Source: Monocercomonoides exilis PA203
Lineage: Eukaryota; Protista; Preaxostyla
DNA: 64,000 nucleotides
NCBI GenBank assembly: GCA_001643675.2
Contig: LSRY02000007.1
Span: 930,001 to 994,000 of the forward strand
Direction: 5' to 3'
This document shows, in pieces, positions 48,476-59,950 of the stretch. Made by a program: the position numbers and the translations under genes. Every line of letters begins with the position of its first letter. Position 1 is the stretch's first letter. Below the pieces are notes generated by a model. The model searched no databases and had not been told where the DNA came from. It was given only the letters and a program-made list of their open reading frames with translations.

Positions 48476-49125
48476 TTCTTGTTGGGAAAGATCAAAATTT
48501 TTTGTAAATACACAATTTTTCGAATTTTTCGGAAAAATAATGAAAATAAGATAACATAAAGGAGTTCATTATAAAAATATTACAAATGAAGTTTTCCTCT
48601 TTTCTTCGTGAATACACAAATATTCTTTTGTTTGGTCAAGCAAAATAATTTGGTTTATGTGTTAAAAACTGGTACATATAGTGTTCAAAAGAACAAGCTA
48701 TGAAAAAAAAAAAAACTTCTGAGTAATCTCTAAAAAAGTGACTGTTTATTCATTTTTTGGATTATCTATGAATAATTTGTCTTTTTTTTCGATCCTTCAA
48801 AGTATTTTTGTTTTTTCATAATGGAATCATTCGTTTGTTTGAATAAAAACAATTAAAAAGTTTAACGAATCGAAATCTTATTCCTTACAAATGTTTGTGT
48901 TTGTTAATATTTCATGATTTAAAACAAGAAATTTTAATAAAAAATTTTATTCTTAAGTCAATGATTGCAGACACTTTCAAAAACAGAAAATAGCGTTGTG
49001 TTTTTTATTCAAAACGATTCAATAATTCATTATGACCTTATTCGATCATTTATTTAGTGAAATAATTTATTTTATTCTTTTTTCCATTTCTCTTTTTTGA
49101 AGTGAAAAAATAAAACTTGGACTTG

Positions 49126-50479
49126 TTAACCATTTATAGGATCTTCAAATTCTCCTGTCCTAATCCCATCTGGATACTTAGAGTCTTCTGTATCATCAGA
49201 AACATACGGATTTGAAATCAAGATTTCTGGATTGATTGTGAACAATCCTGTTGTCCTGAATGCGTTCTCCTTGTTAAGTAATGATGTTGCCGTCTTTTCT
49301 GCATCAATTGCACACTCAACGATTAATTTTCTTCTGTCAGCGGCTTTCATTTTTTGTCCATCATTGTGCTCCTCCGCTCACTTAATTTTCCTTCTCCTCA
49401 TCAGCTTCCTGAATGCGTTTCGAAGAGGGCAAGCAATTCCAACATCAAAAGGTTGCATTATGTGAGTCAAATTACCAGGTAGCGTGAAAACGAATATAAA
49501 ATATTTTGCAAATAAAACCAAAGCTGAAGAGCAAAGACGAGATGGATGACCATCAAGAATTAACAATACAAGAGAATTATATGGAATAACTTCAAGTGAC
49601 CTCCAAATTGTTATCCATGAGCAGAAATAAACAACATAACTGTAGAAAGCATTCCTGTCCATCCATCCTGATGCATTGACGTGGATTTCACATGAGCCTG
49701 CTTTTTTGTCCTCCAAAAGTTCAGGAGGAACAGTTTTCAAGGCAGAAATGATGATAAATGGTGGAGGTGCTATGCAAGATGGTCAGACGGTGGTCACTAT
49801 TGATAATTGATTATTTGAGTAATCTTCTGTGGAAGCATGTGCTCGTTTAGCTTCGGCTGGCACGATTAATTTTTGTTCTGAACAAATATAAGCATTCCAT
49901 TCATCTTCGTAAAATATATCACGCTTGTTAACTGCTGGCTTGAAATCTTTATTGCGCATAAAATTGAACAATGCCCTGATGTTTGACTTGAATGTTGAGT
50001 TCAATTTGGCTGGGATGATATAAAAGTGAGAGAGAACTTTCAGCTTGTGCTTAGAAATAAATCCTGACACATATGCTGGAGAAGGTGGCACAAGTTGTTT
50101 ATCAAAATGCTTGATAACAGGACCAAGTCCAAAGTGAAGAGCCATCCCAAGTGATTTCAGATATTGCCTTTGCATTTCCGAATAAATGATTTCACTTAAC
50201 TCATGTGTTGTTATTCCATCACGTTGTTGATATTTTTTATGAAAAAATATTCGGTGCCTTTTCTTTTCCCTTTTTATTCAGCAAAAAAGGTCTTTGGTGA
50301 GTGCCCTTAACGTTCCAAATAAGTCCGAAGCAATAACATCTGATTGCACTAGAAAAATATTGGGTCATGATGTTTAACACTTCTGATTTATAACAAACCT
50401 TCTATGCAAAAGCATCAAGAGCAGCAATAACTTTTTCGGATAAAGAATTCACATTTATAACTTCAAACGAAAGTTCCAT
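49126..50479 (-). mobile_element. Pseudogenised pogo/Tigger-type (DDE_1) transposase
   Basis: Motifs IFYEDE, NASGWMD, LLILDGHPSR and LPGNLTHIMQPFDVG. An in-frame TGA at 49783-49785 separates two same-frame ORFs; there is a frameshift near 49380 and further disruptions in the 5' part. Confidence 0.85.
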
Positions 50480-50987
50480 GTCTCGTTGTTATTTGTATTG
50501 CGATATTTTTGAAATCGTTGTATTTCTTCAACGTAATGTTTTGAACTGTCAGAAGTGGATGTTTGAAAAAAATATGTTAAAATGGATTAAAAAAACGATT
50601 TGGAAAAAAAAACACTTAAACATCATTTATTATTCAAATTTGGCAAACTTATTTAAACATCTGCGTCATGTTAAAATAAGTTAGCTTGTGTCAGTCAGTG
50701 ACCGATAGTGATGTCAGTGTCGTGGTATTTGAACCACAAAAAATGAACACGACACAATACATTATTCATTTCAAAATAAAAAATGAACATTCAAAAAATA
50801 GATTATTCTGTAAAAACTATTTCGATAATATTGAATGAATCACAAAAACATATCAATTTTTCTTTGGATTTCCTGTTTTTTATTTTTTTATTATATTTTT
50901 CATATGTGTGTATGAAAAAATTTTCTGTCACATCACATCACTCCAATAATGTTCAATTCCGAAGGAATGTGACACAGATGTTTACAC

Positions 50988-51868
50988 TTATTATTTGAAA
51001 TTTGTCAACTAATAATTCAAAACTTACAAACGAATTTTTTGATTATGACAAACTATTTATTCGAAATTGTTGAACTTTTTATTTGAAATAAATCAATTAG
51101 AGTATTTTTTTAAAAAATTTATATTTATTTTTTTTTTTTTTTTTTTTTGTGAAAATTTTCTTTTGGCTGAATGTTGAAATTGACGAAAATATTAAATTTT
51201 GTAATTATTCATGAAACGGATGAAATTGAACCTCGGTTTTATTATTTGTCAATAAACATGAAAAATTTTGATTTTTCAGAAAAATCATTGTTTGGAAATC
51301 AGATAGTTTTCAATTATTTCACCTCACATTGTTAGATTACACATTATTCAATCAATAAACATTATAAATATTTGCATCTAAACAAAATGATGAAAACTTA
51401 AATTAATTTTAATAAAATAGATTGATTAATGAACTGTCAATATATCCATTTGTTTTAATTGATCTTAATAACATATTTTAATATTTATAATGTTTATTGA
51501 TTGAATAATGTGTAATCTAACAATGTGAGGTGAAATAATTGAAAAACTATCTGATTTCCAAACAATGATTTTTTCTGAAAAATCAAAATTTTTCATGTTT
51601 ATTGACAAATAATAAAAACCGAGGTTCAATTTCTCATCCGTTTCATGAATAATTACAAAATTTAATATTTTCGTCAATTTCTAACATTCAGCCAAAAAGA
51701 AAATTTTCACAAAAAAAAAAAAAAAAATAAATATAAATTTTTTAAAAAAATACTCTAATTGATTTATTTCAAATAAAAAGTTCAACAATTTCGAATAAAT
51801 AGTTTGTCATAATCAAATAATTCGTTTTTTATTTTTAAATAATTAGTTGACAAAATTTGAATAATAAA
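50988..51868. repeat. Long inverted repeat: arms ~50988-51373 and ~51479-51868, spacer about 105 bp; foldback/MITE-like
   Basis: The arms are reverse complements along their length (cacctcacattgttagattacac / gtgtaatctaacaatgtgaggtg; poly-T versus poly-A tract). They differ mainly by 1-2 nt indels and diverge at the outer ends. Confidence 0.95.
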
Positions 51869-52215
51869 TGGTGCATACATTCATTTCTCTCTCTCTCTCT
51901 CTTTTCTTTGATGAATAAATTAATGATGCTTCACAATCAGGGATAATTCTTTAACAATCTTCAAATCATATTGAAACATTATTTTTTTCATCAAACGAAA
52001 CCACATGCTTCTTCCAAAAAAATTTAAAATAATTTTCTTATCTGAAAAATGTAAGAAAATCAAAATGCTAATATATTTATCGAGTTGTACAATTCAAAAT
52101 GAAGATATTGTTCATAACTTTTTTCATTAATCCATCTTCTTCTGTGTGATCTTAAACATAATGTATTATTTGATTATTCACCATCTCAGATTTTGCTAAT
52201 CTGAGAACAAGAAAA

Positions 52216-55200
52216 ATGAAGCTTTCGACTGGAAGCATTTTAGAAATTCATGGCGAGGTATTATTGCTTTATTTAACAAGAGAAAATTTGTTTTATTCAT
52301 TCAATTGTTATATGTTGATCGTGACTTGTCATGGTCCAATTTTAGGTCATACCATCTTCTGTTGAAGTTTTAGACCTTTCTAATAAAAATTTTACAGAAT
52401 CTGACACACTTTCCGAATTTCATTCTTTAAGAATATTGAACTTAAGGTTGAAAAAGATAATTTATATTTTATAAATAACAAATGTTTATTTTGAAAATTC
52501 AAATAAAAGCGGAAATGCTTTTCCAAATATAAAATCAATAGAAGGAATTTTTGATGCACAAAATCTTGAAGAATTAGATTTACGTGGCTCTCCTGTCTCA
52601 AAAATGTATATTTATCGAAAGAAACTTCCTGAGCGTCTACCAAAACTTTATTTGCTAGACGGACAGTTATGCCAAGAATTATGTTTTTATTCTATTAAAA
52701 TTATTTTTTACGAAAAATTATCTTTTAAGACAAATTCCTGGACGAACTGTTCCCGTTCACAAAGAAAAACAAGTTGTCCCAACAGAAAACCCACAAATTG
52801 ATAAATGCTCCTCAGTTTCTGCTGCTATTGAGAAATTTAGTGAAAAGCAATCAAGCTCTTCTTCTGCTTCTTCTCCCGCTTCTTCGACGACTTCATCATC
52901 TTCTCCACATATTCCGCTTTGGAGGCAGCGCGAGATAGAAAAGAAGAAAGCAGCTGAAGAACAAAAACGCTTGGAAGAAGAACGAATTAAAAGAGAAAGA
53001 GAAGAAGAGGAAGAAAACGAAAGAAAGAAAAAAGAGGAGGAAGAAGAAAAAGAAAGAAAAATGAGAGAAGAAGAAGAACGTAGAAAGAAAGAAAAAGAAG
53101 AAGAAGAGGAGAAGGAGAAAAAGAAGAAGGAAGCAGAAGCAGCAGCGGCAGCTGCAGCAGAAGAAGAACGAAGAAAAAAAGAAGCAGAGAAAATCAAGCT
53201 CCAAGAAGAAGCAGCACAAGATGCATCACTCATTGAGGCATGTGCTCGTTTTGGGATTCACATAGAAGACGCTGTGAAGCCAACGAGCAAGTCATCTACA
53301 GCCACATCTTCAGCAGACAAAGACAATAACCACTCGTCAAACAGCCTGCCATCGTGGAGAGCGCGGGAGTTTGAAAAGAAGAAAGAAGAGGCAGCAGCAA
53401 CAGCAGCAGTAACAGCATCGGCTAAGAGTGCGAATGAAACAACAAAATCGCTACGACCGGGTGATGTTGTGAAGGCGAATGAAACGACGAAAGCGCCTTC
53501 GAATATTCCTGCGTGGCGGCTGAGGGAGATGGAGAAGAAGAAAGCGGAAGAGGAGAGGAAGAGGAAAGAGGAGGAAGAGAAGAAAGAGAAGATTCGAAAG
53601 GAAATAGAAGAGATGGAGAAGGCAAAAAGGGAATATGAAGAGAAAATGCGAAGGATGGAAGGAGGAAATAGTGAGGAAGAAGATAAAAAGAAAGAGGAAG
53701 AGGAACAGGAAAGGAAGAAAAGAGAAGAAGAAGCAGAAAAGCTGAGATTAATTGAAGAAGAGAAGAAGAAGAAGAAGGAAGAAGAAGAGAGAAAGAAGAG
53801 AGAAGAAGAAGAACGATTGAGAAAAGAGGAGGAAGAGAGAAAACGCAAAGAGGAGGAAGAACGGAAGAAGAAAGAAGAAGAAGAAAGAAAACGTCAGGAA
53901 GAAGAGAGAAAGAGGAAAGAAGAAGAAGAGAAGAAGAAAAGAGAAGAAGAAGAGCGAAAGAAGAAGGAAGCTGAAGCCAAAGCAGAGGCAGAGGCAGAAG
54001 CAGAAAGAAAACGAAAAGAAGAGATTGAAAAGGCAAAGTTAGACAAGCCAGCCAAGTCTTCATATGGATCATCGAGTGTTAGCTCATCGACAACATTCAC
54101 CGCCACCTCCTCCCCGTCTGCCTTGTCTTTGTGGAAGCAAAGAGAACTTGAGCGCAAGAATGCAAGCGCCGATCAGAGAGGAGAAGAGAAGAAGCCTGCG
54201 CAGAATGTGAATACGTCTTCTTCTTCTTCCTCTTCCTCTTCTTTATCATCATTAACTTCTTCTTCAACACAAGGCGAATCAACAGTTTCTGCTGCGTTTG
54301 CTCGGTTTGGGGTTCGAAAGTCGTCAACATCAACTGCAAAAGCAATAATCAACACAAAAACAGCTTCAAGTATATCTTCATCTTCATCTCCATCTTCGTC
54401 TCCACCTTCATCTTCATCTCCATCTTCAATTTCTGGTTCACATTCTACAACATCTTTCCATTCTTTTGGTGCTGACAAAAGTGAATCCGATCAAAACAAG
54501 AAAGAAGAAGCAGAAGCAAAAGCTAAAGCAGATGACGATGCAAATGAAGAAAAGAACAGCAACGCGAATGAGAAAGAGGGAGCAGTCACAGAGAAAGAGG
54601 CAGAAATCAAGAAGAAAGAACAGGAGGTGCTGGAGATGTATGAAGATCTGAAAAGGAAAGAGGAGGAGATGAAGAAGAAAGAGGAAGTTCTCAAAAGGAA
54701 GATGGAGGAACTCAAAGAGAAGGAGAAGGTGAAAGAAGAGAAAGAGAAGGAAGAGAAAGAGAAGGAAGAGAAAGAGAAAGAACACACTCAACAAGAAGCA
54801 GTCACCACAAACAAGCCAACCATTGAGCCAAATGCTAACAAAGCTGCTGAAAGCGCCGAGGGAGAAAAGCCACTGCGTTCAGTCTGCAGCCGATTTGGAG
54901 TCAGAATTGGGTCGTCGCCACTTCAGAAAACGAATCATTTGGGTGATGTGGAGGCTCATCCACTGCAACATTCAGGTTCGGCACAGCTGGAGAAGAAAGA
55001 AGAGGCAAAAGAACAAGAAGAAGAGAAGGAGAAGGAAAGAAGAGAAAAGACAGGAGCAGAAGCTAAATATGAGTCTGTAAATGTTCTGTCTGAAAGCTCA
55101 GCGCCTGCGTCTTTTGTTGTGTCAGAGGCTTCTCCGCACACAGCATCCAATCAACACTCCCCTCCCACTCCTCCTCCTCCTTCGACTTCTTCTTCGTCTT

Positions 55201-56207
55201 CATCGTCATCGCCATTATCATCATCATCAGTATCATCATCATCATCTTCTTCTTCTTCACTCCACACTCACAGCTCTCCCCTCTCTTCCAGTGACTCAGC
55301 CACTTCTCCCACAAACACCACAAACAGCTTCAATTCTTCCACATTCCCTCATTCAACAAGACCTCGCGAGACGCTTTCTTCCACCAGCAGCAACTCGCTC
55401 CCGTCGCGTGCCCTTCTGCGGCCAACAGGAGCTGCCTGTGGAAGGACAGACAAACAACCACAAACAGGCAGTGACTATGCCAGTGGAGGAGGGCTGAGGC
55501 CGACTTTCGGCTCGTCTTCGGGTTCAGGTGCGAATGAGCAGTCAGCAGGCGAATCAACAACACATCCACAGAAGTTTAGTCCCGCAGTGCTGTCGAACGA
55601 TCCGTCAGGCAGCTTCGACAGGCCCTTCAGAACTTCACACACCCAGCTGCAACGCACACAGTCTGAGACTCCACAGTCGAGTGTGTCTTCTTTACTCTCA
55701 CAGTACTCTGCACCGTCTGCTATTTCTCCGAAGACAACGAGCACACACCAATCAACATCTCCTGCGCCTGTGCCTGCCCCACCGCCTCCGCTGGCTGGTC
55801 AGCATGCGCCCGATAGCGAGTCGCCTATCGCACGCATTGTGGGCCAAGGGCGGCAGGTGATGCCGATGCTTCCCTTCAACGTGAAGCTGAGGAAGACAGG
55901 TGCTGCCATTGCAAGCAGCTTGCCCAGCGAAGGATTTTCTAGCACCCCAGCTGCTCCGAATCCGCTGGTGAATCCACAGGGCAGTTATCCCCCGAATCCG
56001 TATGGCTCCTCGCAGAGAAGGATGCCGATGGGGTCAGCATCGTTCTCAGCGCCGTCGAGTGTGATGTCTGTGGTTGAGGCTCCGGATGAAGCGTCACATA
56101 AGAGGCTGTTCACAGAAGAGGACGATAGATCTGCGTGGTGCCCGAAGAAAAGGCTACCGTCGCAGCCGAAGCACAGGCCGTCGCTGGCTTCGAGGAGGAT
56201 GAAGTAG
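52216..56207 (+). CDS. N-terminal leucine-rich repeat + LRRcap protein with a long E/R/K charged helix and Ser/Pro-rich tail; exons 52216-52257, 52346-52446, 52510-52665, 52730-56207 (about 1258 aa)
   Basis: Spliced N-terminus reads VEVLDLSNKNF..LRILNLSGNAF..LEELDLRGSPV..YRKKLPERLPKLYLLDG. All three GT-AG introns are phase-consistent with ORF 52971-56207. Confidence 0.85.
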
Positions 56208-57104
56208 AGGGACGGGAGGAAGAAGAAGAAGAAGAAGGAGGAGGAGTGAGTGAGTGAGATGAATGTGAGTGTGTTTGGGAGAGTGTGAGATGGAGAGAAA
56301 GAAAGAAAGAAAGTGAGAGTGAGGAAGGAAGAAGAAGAAAAAAAAAGAGAAAGAAAGAATGCGCATGTGTGTATATGTTTTGTTGTTCACATGCTATTTA
56401 TGTTTACTTGTTTCAAAATTGCATCACTTTTATGATGGAGATATTTATAATAGTTTTGTTTGAATTTGCTTGTTATCTTGTTTATGCCTTTATAATCTCT
56501 TGCATGAATTTTGAATGAGTAATAATCATGTTTTGTGAGGCTCTTTCTAATTTTTATCGATTTGATATTCTATTTCTATCAATTTCTTTTCTTTTCTTTT
56601 TTTTCTTTTTATATTTTAGTTTCGCCCCTCTCCTTTCACACAATTTGTTTTTTCCAAAAATATTTGAATATGTTTTATTGTCTTTGAATTCAGTGCTGAT
56701 ATTTTTGAATTGTTGCTTTGCGATCTTTGTAAAGCAAAATTTTCTCGAATCCGATAAATTCAATCACAGGATCTTTTTTTAATTTTATTTTACTATTCAT
56801 AATGTTCATATGCAAACACTTCAAAATGTTTTTGTTCAACAATTGAAAATAATACAGATAATGAAATTTTTTTTGTGTCAATTTTAAAAAGGTAAACTTT
56901 AAAAATTATTAAAAAACAAAAGAAAAACAATTTTCTTTTTATTACTTATTGAAGAAATGCATTTGATGCTATTTGTGCTCATTTTTTTATTTTGGTCAAT
57001 CAAAGCGAACAACCCATCATATTAATTAAAAAACAATATTATTCTTAAATCCATATTTTCTTGAAATTTTTGGACAATAAAACGACAATACATCAATTTT
57101 CGAT

Positions 57105-59950
57105 ATGTCTATTGATACGGGATATCATGTAGAAAATGATTATCCTCGTATAATTGTAGCACTTGAAATTTCAGAGTTTTATACTCAAATTGAAGAATTG
57201 AAAAATCAAGATTTAAAGCTAATACCATTGTGCGTTAAACAAATTGGAAAAAAAGAATATTTCGCAAGAAATTGGACTGCAATGTTGAATAATGCTCCAG
57301 AGCAAGGCTTAGTTGAGAAATTTAAAGAGCTACCTAATTCAACAATACTTTTGGCAAATCCAAAATTATCGCGTTCTGTATCGCTGGATTTTTTTAACTG
57401 CATTATATTTTTCTTGGAAAAATTGGCAAATCATTTAACTGAACAATTTTTTAAAAAAAGTCACGATTCGTTTCAAAAACCTCTTGAGCCAGCATTTGTA
57501 TTAGAGCAGCAGTCGCAACAGCTAATTTTTATCGACCTCTCAAATATCATTGTTACAATGATGAATGTTCTTCAGTTAAATGAAACAAAACAAGATATCA
57601 AGGATATTGAATGGAAAGGGTTTGTGTTCTGCCATCCATCAGACTCGTTTGAAGTTCAATCATCATCAATCACCAGTCCTTCTGGCTTTGTTCCTGTATC
57701 AAAACTTCAAAAAATATCGCAGTCTTATTATCGTAAAGCAAGCTCTAGTAAAAATGACGAAGAATTATTAATAAATCATTTAATGAAATATCTGAGCTTT
57801 GAGACTTCAGATTCATTTCTCTCTTCTTCTCTTATCAGAGACAACAAACACCTGCTTCTTGCTTCTATAATAATTAAATCATTACTTTCTATACTATCAC
57901 ATCAAGAACCTTTGCTTCAAGATTTAAATAAATTGTGCTCTTTAAATTCTGATATAATACCAACTCGTCTTCTTGGATACCCTTTGAGGTGCAATTGCGG
58001 AATCGCGTCAAACAAACTTCTGGCAATGGTTGCACTCGAAGAAAGCAAACACAGGATGGAGGAAAAAGTTCGATTAAACAACAATCTTATTCAAGAATTC
58101 GTGGAGTATGAAATATCAAGCATTCCACATTCTTCTATTTCTGCTAAGGAAGCCATGAGAAACGTTCCACTATCCGTGCTCGGATGGTTTGAACCTTCTC
58201 TCAAAGAAATCATTGTTTCTGCAAAACCCGGAATCGAGTGTGCCCCACATTATTTTAAGTGTATTAATATTTTTTCTGTTTCTCGTTATTGTTTGTCGAA
58301 AATTTATCATTCAGAAATTGTGAAGTTTTACTTGGTAAAACAAATGATGATCTTTGCGATCTATTTTCGGTGTATGTTATTCCTCGAAAAGGGACACTAC
58401 TCAGAAACTTAGCACTGGGAATAGATTTTTCAGCGATCTTACCTCATTATGTAGCATCTTCTTCTTCATTGAGCGCAAACTCATCCAATTCTGATTCATC
58501 TGATTCAGCTCATTTTGGCTCAAATGTTGATTCACCACAGTCTTCAATACCTGCCACATCTCAATCACCGACTTCAAATCAAACACAACTTCCTTCTTTC
58601 TGGTCTCAGGCTACCACTCAACAGAACCAAATAGAAGCCAATTCTTCAAGTAGATATTCATCATCTGCTTTTTCCATAGTGCATTCTTTTAAAGATAATC
58701 TGACTGTTCAGAAAAGCACACAAGGAAACATTCAGCCATTTTTATCTAATCGACACGAGCTACTTACTGAACTAAGCTCGCAAGCAGAGGAAGCAGTGGA
58801 ACTTATTCGAAGAGAGCACTCACTTTTTCAGAGGATGCCCCAGTTCGTTTCTGTGAAAATGATGATTCGTGGATGGTGGCAAACACTCAGAGGAACTTGG
58901 CGTCTATCTGATCCTTCTTTGTTTTGGAGTCATCTTTCTCTCACGACTTGGTTTGACACAAAAAAAGACTTGAACAAAGAAGTATCAGGTGATAAAGATA
59001 TTATTAGTGAAAAAGATGAACATTCTTCTGCAAAAAACGATCCATTTGTGAAATCATTTGGACAGTTGTTGAAAGATAGTCATTTGGATGAATATGAAAT
59101 TGAAAAAAAAGAAAACAAAGATACTCAAAAGAAATATGACACAACAACACCAAAAACAAATCTTCCAACAACATCTTGTTCTTCCAATCCATTTTCATTA
59201 GAAGCCCCACTTTCGAAAACACAAGCAAAGCCTCAGTCATCTTTTTCGTCTTTCTCATCCCTTCCTTCGTTTCAATCAAAACAGTCACATTCGTTAAACG
59301 AAGGAGCATTGCCGTATCCACCATTGTATCCAGCTGTACTGTTATACAACCAAGCTTTACGGCATATTGATTCTTTTTTCTCAAAGTTGCCTCCTGAGCA
59401 AAGTAAATTTCCAGTTATACACATTTCATTTATTTTGGATTCATTTGTTCCTTGCAATTCTAAAAGCAAGCTTTCTCCTAGGCCAACTTTATTCATGTCA
59501 GAAAATTCAGCATTGAACGCGAAATCCTCAGACATTAATTTTTTCTTGCCTGGAACATTTTCTCAAATACTTAAGAAAGCCTCCACACAAAATTTAAGCA
59601 AGCCAATAATATTATCCAGTAGTTCTGTTCAAGAACAATCATCAAAAGTTGTTCATAAAATCCCTTCTTGGAAATGTACACGTGGCAACTGTTGTTTTGC
59701 ACTTCCTCCAATTGTTATAACAAATCGAAGTGAATCATTTCAGAGTAACCTTCGTCCACTACTTCTTACATATAAAGAACTAAGTGCCGCTGTCAGCGAA
59801 GCAGTGTATCGAAGGGCGAATGAAATTCAAACGCATAGAGACAGTCACCTTGCAGATGATTTATCAAGACAAGAAAGACTAAGACAGATAGCTTTTCATG
59901 TAAAAGAGCCACAAATAACAGAAACAATAAATTCGTTTATTCAAACATAA
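57105..59950 (+). CDS. Divergent Y-family DNA polymerase (eta/iota-like), predicted catalytically impaired; exons 57105-58237 and 58315-59950 (about 922 aa)
   Basis: RIIVALEISEFYTQIEELKNQDLKLIPLCVKQ matches motif I (recalled iota [32 protein letters not shown]). CNCGIASNKLLAMVA matches motif IV, and LRNLALGID matches the thumb end. A 77-nt GT-AG intron joins the two ORFs in phase 2. Confidence 0.8.

Noticed and set aside
48678-48700. Candidate transposon TIR (ACAAGCTA pairing with TAGCTTGT at ~50682)
   Set aside because: Only 8 bp match in AT-rich DNA, which is not enough.
49783-49785. TGA as selenocysteine or programmed readthrough in the transposase
   Set aside because: Other frameshifts and stops indicate general decay; a point mutation (for example TCA to TGA) is simpler.
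50700-50790. tRNA gene suggested by GGTTCAAAT on the minus strand
   Set aside because: No D-arm or anticodon arm can be folded; it is kept only as a small structured element.
51465-51677. 70-aa ORF within the palindrome arm
   Set aside because: Non-ATG start, AT-rich, and broken in the other arm.
57105-59950. Programmed frameshift between overlapping ORFs 57105-58412 and 58289-59950
   Set aside because: A canonical 77-nt GT-AG intron (58238-58314) explains the frame change.
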